NCBI RefSeq assembly: GCF_009914755.1
Contig: NC_060926.1
DNA length: 64,000 bases
Strand: one strand, 5' to 3'
DNA from: the human T2T-CHM13v2.0 reference genome, Homo sapiens
In this document: positions 1 to 18,130 of the stretch, piece by piece
How positions within the stretch are numbered: the first letter of the stretch is position 1
Layout of the letters: every line of letters starts with the position of its first letter
Program-made: the position numbers and the translations under genes
Notes under the pieces: generated by a model
Databases searched by the model: none
What the model saw: only the letters and a program-made list of their open reading frames with translations
What the model was told of the DNA's origin: nothing

Positions 1-428
1 GTCCCCTTCAGACATGCCACCTTCCCAGCAACTCAATGTGTTCACCAACCTGGAAGCTCTCTGAAACTCCTTATTGTTTAGGAGTTGTTAAGAAGGTTTA
101 ATTACATGGGTATGATTGATCAAATCACTGGCCATTGGTGATTGGGGCTCTCTCCCCTCCCTGGAGGTTGGGGGAAGAAGTTGAGTATTCCAACCCTCTA
201 ATCAAGGCTTGGTCTTTCTGGCAACTAGCCCCTCCCTCTCCTAAAGCTATCTAGGGCCTCATCAAGAATTATCTCATTAGCATAAACTCAGGTATGGTTG
301 AAAGGAGCTTCTTATGAATAACAAAACATAAACCTATGGCCTTCTCACTTGAGAAATTCCATGCAGTTTAGGAATTCTGTGCCAGAAGTCAGGGTCAAAG
401 ACCAAATGCAATTTATTATTATGCCACA
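1..428 (-). mobile_element. MER21-like LTR (partial)
   Basis: Contains atgtgttcaccaacctggaagctctctgaa and ggccattggtgatt, and ends at the LTR terminus ...ttatgccaca. Confidence 0.65.
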
Positions 429-429
429 G

Positions 430-1120
430 TCCAAAACAAGAAACAGCCCAGGTGTTCAACAGGTAAATGTGGTATAACAATATCATGGAGTACTATTCAG
501 CAAAAAAAGGAATAAACAATTTATGCTCACAACAACAAATGAATCCCCAGAGAATTATGCTGAGATGCTGAGAAAAAGAAAAAAAAATACCAAAAGGTTG
601 TAACATATGACCTCATTTATACAGCAATTTTGTAATGACGGAACTTTAACAATGGAGACAGTGGTTGGCAGAATTAGTGATGGGGAAACAGGGAAGTGGA
701 TATGATTATAAAAAGGTACCATAGCAATCATTACAGTGATGAAACAATTCGATATATTGACTGTGGTGGTGAATACACATACCTACATGAGATAAAATTG
801 TACAGGACTAAATATATACACACAAATGCCTATAGTAAAACCATAGAAAACTGAATAATGTAGGTGAATTATATCAATGTCAATATCCTGGTTTGATATT
901 ATAGCATTGTTTTGCAAGATGTTACTGAGGGGAATTAAGTAAAGGGTACATGGAGTCTCTCTCTAATTTCTTATAAATTGCATCACTATAGAGCAGGCAA
1001 TAAAAACATATAGAGATAAATACACATACACACACACATATATACATATACCCTTACATATGTAATTTCTTATAACTGTATGTGAAACTGCAATTATCTC
1101 AACAAAAATTTCAATTAAGA
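430..1120 (+). mobile_element. Old L1M (L1MC-like) 3' end
   Basis: atggagtactattcagc and gtcaatatcctggtttgatatt L1 3' UTR motifs. Confidence 0.7.
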
Positions 1121-1264
1121 AACCAATACTACATATCTAAAAGGAATTCAGAATAATATTTTTATACTTTTAAGGTAATGAAGGCCCTTCTAAGCAAGAT
1201 ATCAAATTCAGAAGCCACAAAGAAAAAGACTGGTCGATTTTACTAAATAAAATGTTAACCTTCT

Positions 1265-1558
1265 GGCCAGGAGAGGTGGCTCACGCTTATAATCCCAGCA
1301 CTTTGGGAGGCCAAGACGGGCATACTGTTTTAGCTCAGGAATTCGAGACTAGCCTGGGCAACATGGAGAAACCTCATCTCTACAAACAATACAAAAATTA
1401 GCCAGGCATGGGGGCACACACCTGTAGTCCCAGCTACTCATGAGGCTGAGATGGGAGGATCACTTGAGCCCCAGAGGTGGAGGTTGCAGTGAGCTGAGAT
1501 CGTGCCATGCCACTGCACTCCAGCCTGGGTGAGACAGCCAGGTCTCAAAAAAAAAAAA
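1265..1558 (+). mobile_element. Alu (J-like)
   Basis: Full dimer with A tail. Confidence 0.95.
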
Positions 1559-1699
1559 GTTAAGTTTCTGTATAAGAATTTGCAATATGAATTAGGTGAA
1601 AAAATAGACAACAAAATGGGGAGATGTATTTATAAAAGTTAATACAAGATGAATATCTGGGACATAATACATATATAACATACAATATATAACAGTAGT

Positions 1700-3340
<1,641 letters not shown>

Positions 3341-4009
3341 TATTTCTATTTTAGAGGTTCAGAAAACTAGTACTCAAACCCTATTCTGCATACTGCTCCT
3401 TCTAGAATAATGTACTGTTTACAATAGAAACAGAATTAACTCTTTGGTGCCTGCATAGGTAGGAACAAATGTGCTGTATACTAGTTACCAAAAAAGTACC
3501 ATTTCATACACTGGTGAGGAGGCCCTGGTTAATGTTTAGCCTATTTGTGCCAAACAGTTATCCTTTCAGTTCAGGAAAGGGATGTACTAATCTGACAAAC
3601 ACATTCAAGCGAAGGACTACAAATCATGACTAAGATTTGCTATTAGTCATCTCCCATTCTTTCTAAAGACTTCACTCCTTTGGGGTAAAGACTATCATAC
3701 ACAAGTAAAGTTTTTCCCAAAATGTCATGTTTCAGAGGAAAGTTAAGATCACCGAGTTCCAAAATTCGTTTTCTTCAGGGTTATTAATTTTCTAAAAATA
3801 TAATAGAGCAAACAAATATATTAGTTTTTTTAAAAAAGCAGGATACAACATAACACATGCATGTACCTGTCTGTATGTTAATACAATATTAACATATACA
3901 GTGAATATGTCCATATATAGTATGTATAGTATAACATAAATATTACAGTATTTATAAAAACAATAGCTCATGTTTCTTCCATGTTTACTTCTTATAAAGG
4001 ACTGTTCTA

Positions 4010-4215
4010 AACATTTTTCACTTATCATCTTGCTAAACCCCAAAACTACACCCATGATACAGGGTGACAGTATTACCTTCATTGTATAAAGAAACTGAAT
4101 CACAGGCAAGATAAATTGTTTGCCCAAGTTACAAAGCTAGTGAGTAGAGCCATGATTACAGTGAAAGTATAAAAACTCAGAATCCCACACTCATCCATTT
4201 CTCTATCTGCCACTG
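4010..4215 (-). mobile_element. MIR
   Basis: MIR core gaaactgaatcacagg...gcccaagttacaaagctagt. Confidence 0.65.
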
Positions 4216-4497
4216 TATTATAAGCATATATATATTATATTATATAAATGTACATATTATAACTTGCTGTCCCCATACAAAATATATATAACATTATGTA
4301 ACATCATAAATACATTTGTTATACATACACAAATTTTATATATATACACGTGTGCATGTGTGTTTCAACAACATAGAAAACATGTTCAAAATGTAAAAAA
4401 AATTATCAAGCAAATATGCTAAAATAATAAGTTTATGAATAGTTTTGCTCCGCTTTAAGTTTTTCTAACTATTGCCATATTTACATCAATAAGCATT

Positions 4498-5041
4498 ATA
4501 GTGGCAACTATTTTGGTCAGACCCCAAGCCCCATGCCAATGCTCTCTGGCAAAAGACCACACACTCCACACCCCACAGCCATAAAATTAAACATGGGACT
4601 AAGTTTGGGCCAAGCATAACATCCCAGGTCCCAGAACACATAAGAATTAGACTATTGTCTAAGGGGTGGGGAATCAGATCATTTTCCTGAGATTATAATA
4701 ACTGAAGCTGACAAAAAAAAGAAAGTCCTTTTCCTCTTTGGTCTCAGAGATACAATAGATGCCTAAAGTTGCTGGTGTATGCCCGTTGCTTCATGGGAAA
4801 AGTCCATTTTAGTACAAGATGAAGACAACGGAGGGAGAGAAGACACAGAGGTGGGAGGAAAGAGGCAAGTCTGAAAAAGAGAAGAGACCTTCTGGTCAAT
4901 ACAAAAGTCCTTTCTTACAGTCTGACCTAATACCAACTTCACCCTATGTTTTCAGATGCTTGGTATAACTTAAACTTTTTTGTTTAAGTTAATTCACACT
5001 GAGTTTCTGTCACTTGCAACCAAAGAGTCCCAACCACTACA
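4498..5041 (+). mobile_element. MLT1-family MaLR LTR
   Basis: 3' terminus gtttctgtcacttgcaaccaaagagtcccaaccactaca. Confidence 0.6.
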
Positions 5042-6204
5042 TGTATTATTTTCATAATCTGGAAAAAAAGGCAAAGAAACAATTCTATGCTGCTTATATC
5101 TTTTTAAAAATGATCTGCATAACATTTTGTATTATTAACATATAAACTCCAAAAGAAAAGAAATATAGCTTACTAAACAATAAAAACATACCTACAATAC
5201 AATGAATTTTCTAAATTTCCAAATGCCCTTATGACAATAAAATCAAAACAAGAAATCATTCCTCTCAGCAGAGCAAAACAGGACTAAAAGAACAAGCTCT
5301 AACACTTTATAAAATAACCTGACTATACAAAGATTTTTTCAGCATTTTTTGTTGTTATTGTTCTATTTTTTCCTTCTATTTATCTTCAGAACAGTATAGG
5401 TAGAACAAAACTGCATTGAAAAACCTGAAGTATTCTGTGCCCTAAAATATTTTATCTAAATCTTGAAGAGTTGCTATGTACTCTTAGCTGCATTCATGTA
5501 ACTTGGCAAGCTGTCAAAGGTTTCCTTCAATTCACACTACACACGGCAGATTAGGCAACAGGACATGGAGTAGAACCTAATTCTAAAGTGACTGTTTTTC
5601 ATTTTAAAATACTACCTTAGGCTATCTGACACCAAATTTCATTGAGTAGATGACAGTATATGATATGCTTGCTTTATCTAAAAAAGAGGAAGTCAGAGTA
5701 AATAAAGAATTCAACAGCAGCTATACCAATTCCCTTTACAATGGTATTTCCTCCCCGTGTAATGGCTCAAATTACAGAAAATCTGAGGTTGCTATTAAGC
5801 ATTAAAAAGGATAAGAAAGTCCTTGTTAGGTTGTTTTTGTAATTGTTACACTAAGGAAAAAAAAACTTTTAAATTGGGTTTTCAGGGGTTTTTATTTTTA
5901 TTTTGTGCTTACAAGTGATCAAATTCCTAACTAAATTACTACTCCCAATGCTCCTATTAATATAACCATTGGTAGATTAATCTTTCTGTCATAAAGTTCT
6001 GGCCATGCTATTCTTCTGTCCCTTGAAAAAGATACCAAGTCCTGAATCCATATTGAAGATTCTAAATAAAATCTAAATTTCTGAGCTCAACAGTCTAGTA
6101 CTTTCCCAATCTTACCCTAACATTTCTATCCATTTTTTCTTCATACTGTTCCTCTCCACAAGGTTTTCTCCTCTCTAAGCAAACCGATTTTTTTTAATCC
6201 TATA

Positions 6205-6785
6205 AACAGTCTAATTGCCAGGATAGACTAGATTATGCTACTATAACAACCAACCTCAAAATTTCAGTGGCTTAAAACAATAAAGATTTCTTTCTGGCTG
6301 ATGATATGAGTCCATTGTGGGTCAGCAGGAGGCTCTCCTCTACAATGTCCTTACTCTGAGAAGCAGCCAATTATCTAGAGTCAGTAAGCTTTTTCTGTAA
6401 ATAGCCACAAAGTAAATATTTTCAGCTTTATGGGACATATGGCATCTATCACAACAATTCAATTTTGCTGTTGTAGTGCAAAAGCCACCATAGACAATAA
6501 ACAAATGAGTATGGCTATGTTTCAATAAAATTGCATTGACAAAAATTGGCAACAGATCGCATGTGGCCTGCATGCCAGTTAGCCAGAGCACTGCAGGTCA
6601 CTGTGACAGAGGAAAAGCACAGTGAGGAAATAATAGACTCTTAAAACTTCTACTTGGAAGTGACTCATACGACTTAAACTCATATATGATTGGTCAAAAC
6701 AAATCACATGGCCACAACTAACTTCCAAGGAGAAAGGACATGCAATCATACGTACCTGGAAGGGAAAAAGAAATATTGAGTATAT
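6205..6785 (-). mobile_element. MLT1-family LTR interrupted by MER58A
   Basis: Contains tcagtggcttaaaacaataaag and ttggtcaaaacaaatcacatggcc. Confidence 0.6.
6375..6585 (+). mobile_element. MER58A (hAT-Charlie) DNA transposon
   Basis: Contains tttttctgtaaa...gtaaatattttcagctttatggg...gccaccatagacaata. Confidence 0.75.
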
Positions 6786-6787
6786 AG

Positions 6788-7185
<398 letters not shown>

Positions 7186-7309
7186 CTAAATCTCCTTTAT
7201 CTACAAATCCAAATCCTAGCCATTCCTCAAAACTCAGTTCAAATATCACCATCTCCAAGGATTCTGCATCTCATAATTTCTTTTTGGCTTAGATTTACCT
7301 TTTCTTTTT

Positions 7310-9365
<2,056 letters not shown>

Positions 9366-9719
9366 TGTATTAGTCCATTTTTACACAGCTGATAATGACA
9401 TACCCAAGACTTGGAAGGAAAAGAGGTTTAATTGGACTTACAGTTCCACATGGCTGGGGAGGCCTCAAAATCAAGGTGGGAGGTGAAGGGCACTTCTTAT
9501 ATGGTGGCGGCAAGAGAAAATGAGGAAGAAGCAAAAGCGGAAACCCCTGATAAACCCATCACATCTCGTGAGACTTATTCACTATCATGAGAATAGCACA
9601 GGAAAGACCATACACCATGATTCAATTACCTCCTCCTGGGTTCCTCCCACAACACGTGGGAATTCTGGGAGATACAACTGAAGTTGAGATTTGGGTGGGG
9701 ACACAGCCAAACCATATCA
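9366..9719 (-). mobile_element. THE1 MaLR LTR (3' LTR)
   Basis: tgtattagtcc...acacagccaaaccatatca, with an adjacent polypurine-like tract (ttccacccctgg on the + strand). Confidence 0.9.
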
Positions 9720-10870
9720 TTCCACCCCTGGCCCCTCTAAATCTCATGTCCTCATATTTCAAAACCAATTATTCCTTCCCAACAGTCCCCCAAAGTCTCT
9801 ACTCATTTCAGCATTAACCCAAAAGTCCACAGTCCAAAGTCTCATCTGAGACAAGGCAACACCCTCCCACCTATGAGCCTGTAAAATCAAAAGCAAGTTA
9901 GTTACTTCCTAGATACAATGGGGATACAGGTATTGGGTAAATGCAGCCATTCCAAATGGGAGAAATTGGCCAAAACAAAGGGGTTACAGGGTCCATGCAA
10001 GTCCAAAATCCAGGGGGCAGTCAAATTTTAAAGCTCCAAAATTATCTCCTTTGACTCCAGGTCTCACATCCAAGTCACACTGATGTGAAAGGTAGGTTCC
10101 CACAGTCTTGGACAGCTCTGCCCCTGTGGCTTTGCAGGGTACAGCCTCCCTCTCAGCTGCTTTCATGGGCTAGCATTGAGTGTCTGCAGCTTGTCTGCAG
10201 CTTTTCCAGGCACACAGTGCAAGCTGTCAGTGGATCTATCATTCTGGGGTCTGGAGGACAGTGGCTTTCTTCTCGCAGCTCCACTAGGCAGTGCCCCAGT
10301 AGGGACTCTGTGTGGGGGGCTCCAACCCCATATTTCCCTTCTGCACTGCCCTAGCAGAGTTTCTTGATGAGGGACCTGCCCCTGCAGCAAACTTTTGCCT
10401 GGGCATCCAGGCGTTTCCACACATCTTCTGAAATCTAGGCAGAGGTTCCTAAACCTCAATTCTTGACATCTGTGAACCCACATGCTCAACACCACATGGA
10501 AGCTGCCAAGGCTTGGGGCTTGCACCCTCTGAAGCCATAGCCCAAGCTATACATTGGCCCCTTTCAACCACAACTGGAGCAGCTGGGAACCAGAGCACCA
10601 AATCCCTAGGCTGCACACAGCAGGGACCCTGGGCTTGGCCCACAAAACCACTTTTTCCTCCTGGGCCTATGGGCCTGTGATGGGAGGGGCTGCCTGGAGA
10701 CATTTTCCCCATAGTCTAGGGGATTAACATTAGGCTCCTTGATACTTATCCAAATTTCTGCAGCTGGCTTAAATTGCTCCCCAGAAAACGGGTTTTTCTT
10801 TTCTATCACATAGTCAGGCTGCAAATTTTCCAAACTTTTATGCTCTGCTTCACTTATAAAGTTGAATGCC
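9720..10870 (-). mobile_element. THE1 internal sequence (truncated)
   Basis: Characteristic THE1-int sequence (ccaaagtctcatctgagacaaggcaa, ctccactaggcagtgccccagt). Confidence 0.9.
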
Positions 10871-10871
10871 A

Positions 10872-11013
10872 GGCTGGGTGTGGTGGCTCACACCTGTAAT
10901 CCCAGCTCTTTGGGGAGCCAAGACAGGAGAATGGCTTAAGCCCAGGAGTTTGAGATCAGCCTGGGCAAGACAGCAAGACCTTGTCTTCACTAAAAATAAA
11001 ATAAAATAAAAAA
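10872..11013 (+). mobile_element. Alu monomer (FLAM-like)
   Basis: Single arm with A-rich tail. Confidence 0.85.
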
Positions 11014-11264
11014 TTTAAGTAAGACATTCTACAAAACAAGGAAGCAAGAAATGCTTTTCTAAACAATGAAAGTTAATATACAGAAAATATTGAAAGAATC
11101 GTAACAATGAATAAATATTTATTTAGGGTTAGATTATGTCCTCTATACCAACATAGATGCCAGAAGAAATACAAAGAAATTATATGACAGTCTGTGACCT
11201 AGAAGTTGGAGAAACAAGACATGCACACATGAAATGATAGCAAGTACAAAAACTATACCATAAT

Positions 11265-11860
11265 TCAAACACTTATTGAGCACTTACATTCCAGATACTG
11301 TATTTCACACTGAGGATAAAACAATAATGAGCAAAATACTATCCCTCCTTTCAAAAACCTCAAAAACTATCAGAGGTGACTAATGTAAACAACTATAATG
11401 CAATGTCACTTGTACTATGTTGATGATTTTTATAAAATGCTATGAGAACTAGGATCAAGAAAATAATTGTTTCTGCTTCTAGAGAAATACCAAAACTGCC
11501 TTCATTGAAGAAGTTATTTGAACTGTTAGGGTATGCTAAAACCTGACTATAAAGAGCCTATATGGTAGGCAAAAAAGAACCAGCAAAGATCTGATCTGGA
11601 TTTTTTTGTAAGTTTATGGCAATAGTATGGAAAATTTGCTGACCAGTAGTCTATATACTCCACTAGGGCAATCACCATGACTGTCTTATTTACTGATACA
11701 CTCAGTGCTAAGCACAGCATTTCACACATAGTAGACCATCTTAAGTATGCTTTTGTTGAAAAAATTATAAAAAATGAAACAGAGACGCTAGTAAGGAGGG
11801 TGTTGTCCAAGTGAAAAACAGTGAGGGCTTAATTAGGGCAATCACAATGGGGAATTGTTG
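11265..11860. mobile_element. L2 fragments
   Basis: L2 3'-end motifs cacttattgagcacttac and cagcatttcacacatagtag. Confidence 0.55.
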
Positions 11861-12093
11861 ATTACATCAACACTGAGTTGCCTTAATTTAAATGCCAAAT
11901 TGTATGGCTTATGAACTATAGGAACTAAGAAAAAACAAATACAGATACAACAGAAGCAATCTGATCACAAAGAAATCTCACAATGAACTATAAGCCAAAA
12001 CAACTACCTAACAACCTTAAATATATTATATATTGTTGGAAAGTGATTCCATCAACTGGTACCAAGTATGAATTCATCTCAGAAAACCTTTAA

Positions 12094-12466
<373 letters not shown>

Positions 12467-12589
12467 TGATTTTCCATAAAAGATAGCTTTAAGGAAAGTT
12501 TAAGATTATAACTTACTTTTAAATATGACATAAAGTTCAAGAAGGTTTTAATTAAGACCCAGAAAGAAATTACTGGTCTAATTTCTTTG

Positions 12590-12782
12590 TTTGTTTGTTT
12601 GAGACAGGGTCTCACTCTGCTGCCCAAGTGCAGTGGTATCATCAGGACTCACTGCAGGTGATCCTCTTACCTCAGCCTCCCAAATAGCTGGGACTACAGG
12701 CACGTGCCACCATGCCCAGCTAATTTTTTTGTGTATATTTTTTTTCTTGTAGAGATGGGGTTTCACCATGTTGCCCAGGCCA
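12590..12782 (-). mobile_element. Truncated Alu (J-like)
   Basis: Partial dimer, TSD actggtctaa. Confidence 0.9.
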
Positions 12783-13009
12783 GAACTGGTCTAACTTCTA
12801 AGAGATGACACTACAAATTCAATAGACTAAAAAGAAGACCCATTCAGCTATCAGAACTAGGTAAGAGAGACATGAATAAAAGACTTTTTTTAATACTTGG
12901 TATCCACATTTTTACTATTCAAGCATGACCTTAAAGAAATAATTTATAAAAGGGATGAGATAATGCCTACCTCATAGTGTTCTTACCTGACATAGTTCAG
13001 TAATTTTCA

Positions 13010-13220
13010 TATAGCATAATAGTTAAGAACAAAGACTCTCTAGGTTCAAATCCCAGTTCCTTAGTCTACCTGTTATTTCTATATTATTCAACTTCTCTGA
13101 TCTTGTTCCCTCATCTGCCTCATAGGGTTGTTGTTTTAAATGACTTAATATGTAAAATTGATTAAAACAGGGCCTAGCACAAAGTAAGTAGTAAATAAGC
13201 ATTAACTGTTGTTATTATTA
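13010..13220 (+). mobile_element. MIR
   Basis: agcataatagttaagaac...ggttcaaatcccag...cctagcacaaagtaag. Confidence 0.7.
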
Positions 13221-13442
13221 AAAATACTCAGTACAAATATAAGTGTGAAGTTGAATGTGAAGGCTAGTCATTTAGCCTCTGCATGAGCCTAGCAAACAAC
13301 ACAGCATCAGTGTTTCAATTAGCAACATTCTGGAAAGTGGGGTTCTTTTTTTGCTGTTGTTTTTTTACCTGCAAACCATGAGGTATCGAATCTGGGGTTC
13401 TTAACAACATATATCCTTCAGGAATATCAAGAATCTGCCAGC

Positions 13443-13748
13443 TGGGTCTGGTGCAGTGGCTCGCACCTGTAATCCTAGCACTTTGGGAGGCCAAGCCAGG
13501 AGGATCACTTGAGTCCAAGTGTTTGAGACCAGCCTGGGCAACACAGTGAGACCCCATCTCTACAAAAAATTTTAAAAATTAGCCAAGTGTGGTGGTATGC
13601 ACCTGTAGTCCCAGCTACTCCAGAGGCTGAGGTGGAAGGATCGCGTGAGCCTAGGAGGTCGAAGCTGCAAGTGTGCGGTAATCGCACCACTGCACTCCAG
13701 CCTGGGCAACAGAGCCTCAAAAAAGGGGGGCGACCCTGTCTCAAAAAA
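13443..13748 (+). mobile_element. Alu (J-like)
   Basis: Full dimer. Confidence 0.95.
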
Positions 13749-15782
13749 TTAGAAATGATAAAAACAAAAAGAATCTCCCATATTCCTTGTGCTACCACTG
13801 GCAGAACCTGAGCAAATTATGACCTCATTCTTTGCTTTAGTTTTCTCCTAAGATCCTCATGTCAGCTTTTTCTCTAGGATCCTGGACTGAGTCACAACTT
13901 CCCCACTGAATTCCTGATTTAGGCTCTTTCATGGGCTGTGTCTAGCTCACTCTGGGTGTGGTGCCATGTTTGGCACCATCTCTTCTAAAAACACTGATGT
14001 GGTGGAATTCAGCTGTATTTGAGCTGGTTTATCTTGCAATTTTCCACTGGGTTTTTCTAATTAGAATGAGCAAAAGCACAAAACATAATTACAAGTTCTG
14101 TACTTAGCACTATCAAGCCTCCCAAAATCCCAAAGGAACTAAGACTTTTGTCATCTTCTAAGAAGCAGTATTGACAAGTCCCACCCAGATTGCCAATCAT
14201 TATGATCAAATGAGCTAACATACGTGGTACATCTAGCTCCAAGCAATAAATGCTAATTTCTTTTGACTCTTCCTCTACCTACTTCATCCCCACCCTGAGG
14301 CAATGTATGATGAAAAACTTTAGGAAAGAGACTAAGATGGGCATGTTTGGTGGTTTGTTGGAGCACAGCTTGGAGACACTGGCATTCTTGACAACAACTC
14401 TGAGTCAAATGTGAATTAATAATAGTCTCCCACTTCATTTTACCTATGTCTCCCAAGTTCCTAAATGTTGGGTCTGATTACATGAATATGTTTGTATCAT
14501 GATTAATGTTCATATCAGAAACAAAACTAGTTCTTTTTATGACTCAGAAGGCAAAATGTTCTACCTTTCAGGCAGAATGTGAAAATTAGGATAACTACTA
14601 ACTGATGACACCAAATTTAATTTTCTTGCAGCTATATAATAAAAAACCAATCTGACATATAGAGGAAAAATGTATATAGATAAGTAAATATAGGAAAATG
14701 TCAATAATTAATTATTGAATCTAGGTGATTGTTCTTTCGATTTTTTTGCAAGTTAGGGATTTTTCTCAATAAAAAGTTTGGGTAGCAAAGGGCAGGGGGG
14801 AACTTGACACACTCATAGCCTAACACTCCCAGAGTTCAGAAAAATAAATAATTCACTGTCTACACCATCTAATTCATAGAAAACAAAACTGCTCTGATTT
14901 TTTTGCCTCTATTCATAAATTTTACCAAGTCCTATACCAATTTACCTGGATGCTCACAGATTTCCCCCATAAGGCTACCACACTCAGAGAAATGGCACAG
15001 GGCTGACTAGGAAAAAGAATTCCCATCTGGCAGCCATAAATCCCCATGCTAACAGTAAGTTGAAATGGGTTGTTCTGATAAGGGTATTTCCAGCCTCTAA
15101 CACAAAAAACACTTCCACCCAAGGTAACAGTAGAAACCTTTGGTGAGATAATTCTTTAAATTTTTAAATATAAGATGGAAAATACTGAATACAATCACAT
15201 AAACCTATGAAAATTAAAATAGTAATATAGAAGCACTAAGTTGTGAGTTTCTACAAACCAAGTGGCAAAAGTGAGGGTTTTTCATCTAAATCGAAATGAG
15301 AAAGGAATTCTGCATTTAGTTTTCCATCAACACTTCAACTGCAGGGAGAATAAATCTATAATATGCGCTTTCATAGGGAAAAAATTAAAATAAGGTAAAG
15401 ATGGTGACATTTACAACTAGTTTCTGGAACCTGAAGCAGTCCCACAAAAGCTATGCTTTCAACTTACTCTAGGCTCCCAAAATTTTAAAGTTAAATATAA
15501 ACAAATTATTCATTTCGCCTTTCTTAAGTAATATAGGAGGTAAGAAAAAAGTAGTCCATTTTAATCCAAAACTACTACGTAGAAAACAAAATAAGAGTCT
15601 AGAAAATTAGACTAGGGCATTACTATTAGAATTAACAAGTAGCTGACAATATAAATCTTGATATCACTACTATTCTCTAGGTGGTTTTTAACAAGCCACT
15701 TAACTATATCTTTATGCTAAAATAGAAAACAATATTAACCATACTTTCTGAACTGAAAATAGGCCTATTGAAAATAAATTTG

Positions 15783-16545
15783 ATACCACATGTTCTCATT
15801 TGCATGTGGGAGCTAAAAAAAATTGAACTCAGAAGTAGAGAGTAGAACTATGGTTACTAGAGGCTGGGAACAGAATGGGGAAGGGGAGGATGGGGAGCCA
15901 TGGTGCATGGATACAAAATTACAGCTAGATAGGAGCAATAAAGTTCCAGTATTCTACGGCATTACAGAGCAAGTATAGTTAACAGTAATTTAGTGTATAT
16001 TTTCAATAAATTATTGAAATTTCAATAACTGTCATCTGCTAATAGTTATCCTATTTTGAACGTTCACAACACAAAGAAATGATAAACGTTTGAGATGATG
16101 GGTATGCTAATTATCCTGATTTGATCATTACACGGTGTATACATGCATCAAAGTATTACTCCGTATCCTACAAATATGTACACTTTGCCAGGTGTGGTGG
16201 CTCTGGCTCGTGCCTGTAATCCCAGCACTTTGGGAGGCTGAGGCAGGAGGACCACTTGAGCTGTGGAGTTCAAGCCCAGCCTGGGCAACATCGTGAGGCC
16301 GTGTTGCTACAAAAAAATAAACAAAACTAGCCAGGCATAGTGGCACACTCCTGTAGTCCCAGCTATTCAAGAGGTTGAACTGGGAGGATGGCTTAAGCCG
16401 AGGGAAGTTGAGGCTGTGGCAAACCAAGACAGTGCCACTGCACTCCAGCCTGAGCAACAGAGTGAGACCCTGTCTCAAAAAACTAAATATATAAATAGGT
16501 ACAATTATTACATGCCAACTAAAAATAACATAAATAAATAAATTT
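15783..16545 (+). mobile_element. L1MA 3' end carrying an Alu at ~16187-16490
   Basis: catgttctcatttgcatgtgggagctaaaa...caaaattacagctagatagg; the L1 resumes after the Alu. Confidence 0.85.
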
Positions 16546-17129
16546 AAGATCAAGGGCCACATAAATGCTTATTAACAAATAATAATGATGTGAGAACAAA
16601 TGATGTGAAAGCTGGGAAGTAGTCAATACCCAAAGGATATGTATCTACAAACCTAGTGGATAAGCAATCTTTAATGAAGTCATCTTTTTAAACCTTCAAG
16701 TAAATAGTGAATCTGACTGCAAACTATCAAATCTGGCCTCACCACAATAAACATCAAAGGCAGCGAACATATAATGAATCAACATGAAATATAATTCAGC
16801 AGCCAGCCCTGTAAGTTTTTGCCTGTAATCTTGAATTCACTGAAACATAGATTCCAAATAATTTCCCAAAATCCAAGCTTCAGCATTTCAGTCTGGGCTC
16901 TGTTAAAGAATTTATCCTAGATGCCTGGAATAAAATGGATTAGTTCAACCAGGTTCTGTTGCCTAGCTATGGAATGATGGAGCACCTCCCTGGAAGTGGA
17001 TAGAATCCAATGTTCTTCAGTAGACCTTTCTCAAGATACATCTCAGCTAATTACTTCTAAGAGCATTCTGAATACAGACTAAGAACTATTTTCTAAAAAC
17101 TTCCAAGTCAAATTTAATCATTAATAACA

Positions 17130-17670
17130 GCACAGTGAAAAAAATCTTTGTTCAAATCCCAGCCTGGCCACTTGTTAGATATAGAACCGTGAACCCTTTG
17201 TCTAGGTGTAGAACTGATCTGCTGTGAAATGGTAATAATGACATCTAAGCCAAAAAGATATGAGTTAACTCCGCTTATCCTAACTGAATCTAGTTTTGGG
17301 GTTATTTTGAAGATTAAATAAAATAATATGCCCAGTTAGCATGGCATATGACACAAAGTATCAGTAGCATCCAAATGTTTCCTTGTCGTTACCATTTCTA
17401 GCTTTTCTTCTTACTTCAATTTCATCCACTTTTAAATTTTATCCTCCCTAGCAAAAGCCTATAGCATCTGCTTCGAGTCATGATGAGACATACAATATAA
17501 TAAGGAAAATAGTACACTTAGTGTTTACTATGAGCCAGTCACTGAGCTAAGTATTTTATATAGTTTATCTCAATCCTTACAACTTTCACTAGGTGGTTAT
17601 ATTATTCCAGTTCACAGTAAAAAAACCGAGGCTAATGGATGAGATAATTTGCCCAAAGTTGCTTGGTTAC
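17130..17670. mobile_element. Two MIR fragments in opposite orientations
   Basis: gttcaaatcccagcctggccact and ccgaggctaatggatgagataatttgcccaa. Confidence 0.55.
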
Positions 17671-17789
17671 CACAATCATTTTTACTTTTACTCTACCAAG
17701 TATCTCTCTCCAATCACTATCTTGTTCCTTCCCACACAGAAAACCATTACCTTAACATTTCTGGTAACCACTTTCTTATTCTCCTTTAT

Positions 17790-18130
17790 ATTTCACTATA
17801 TATGTATACATCTACAAATAATATTGATTAGTTTTGCCTATTCTTAACTATTTTACAAAGGGAATCAGAGGACTGCATTCTTTTATGTTCTGTTTATTTC
17901 AGTATTATATAAGTAAGGAGCTCAATCCATGTTGTTCTGCCTTACCTATGGTTCATCCATTTTCATTGTTGTATAATATTCTACTGTATGAACATACTAT
18001 AATTTATTTATCAATCATATTATTTTTGGACATCTGAACTGTTTCCATGTTTTAGCTACTGTGTACATTTGTGCTGTGAACACTTCCTTTACACATAACC
18101 TGAATTTTGGGAAATGCACCAAAATTTCTT
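17790..18130 (-). mobile_element. L1ME-like fragment
   Basis: ttcatccattttcattgttgtataatattc...ggacatctgaactgtttcca. Confidence 0.6.

Noticed and set aside
9587-10833. Cluster of overlapping ORFs
   Set aside because: Degenerate THE1 LTR/internal sequence with no intact retroviral gene.
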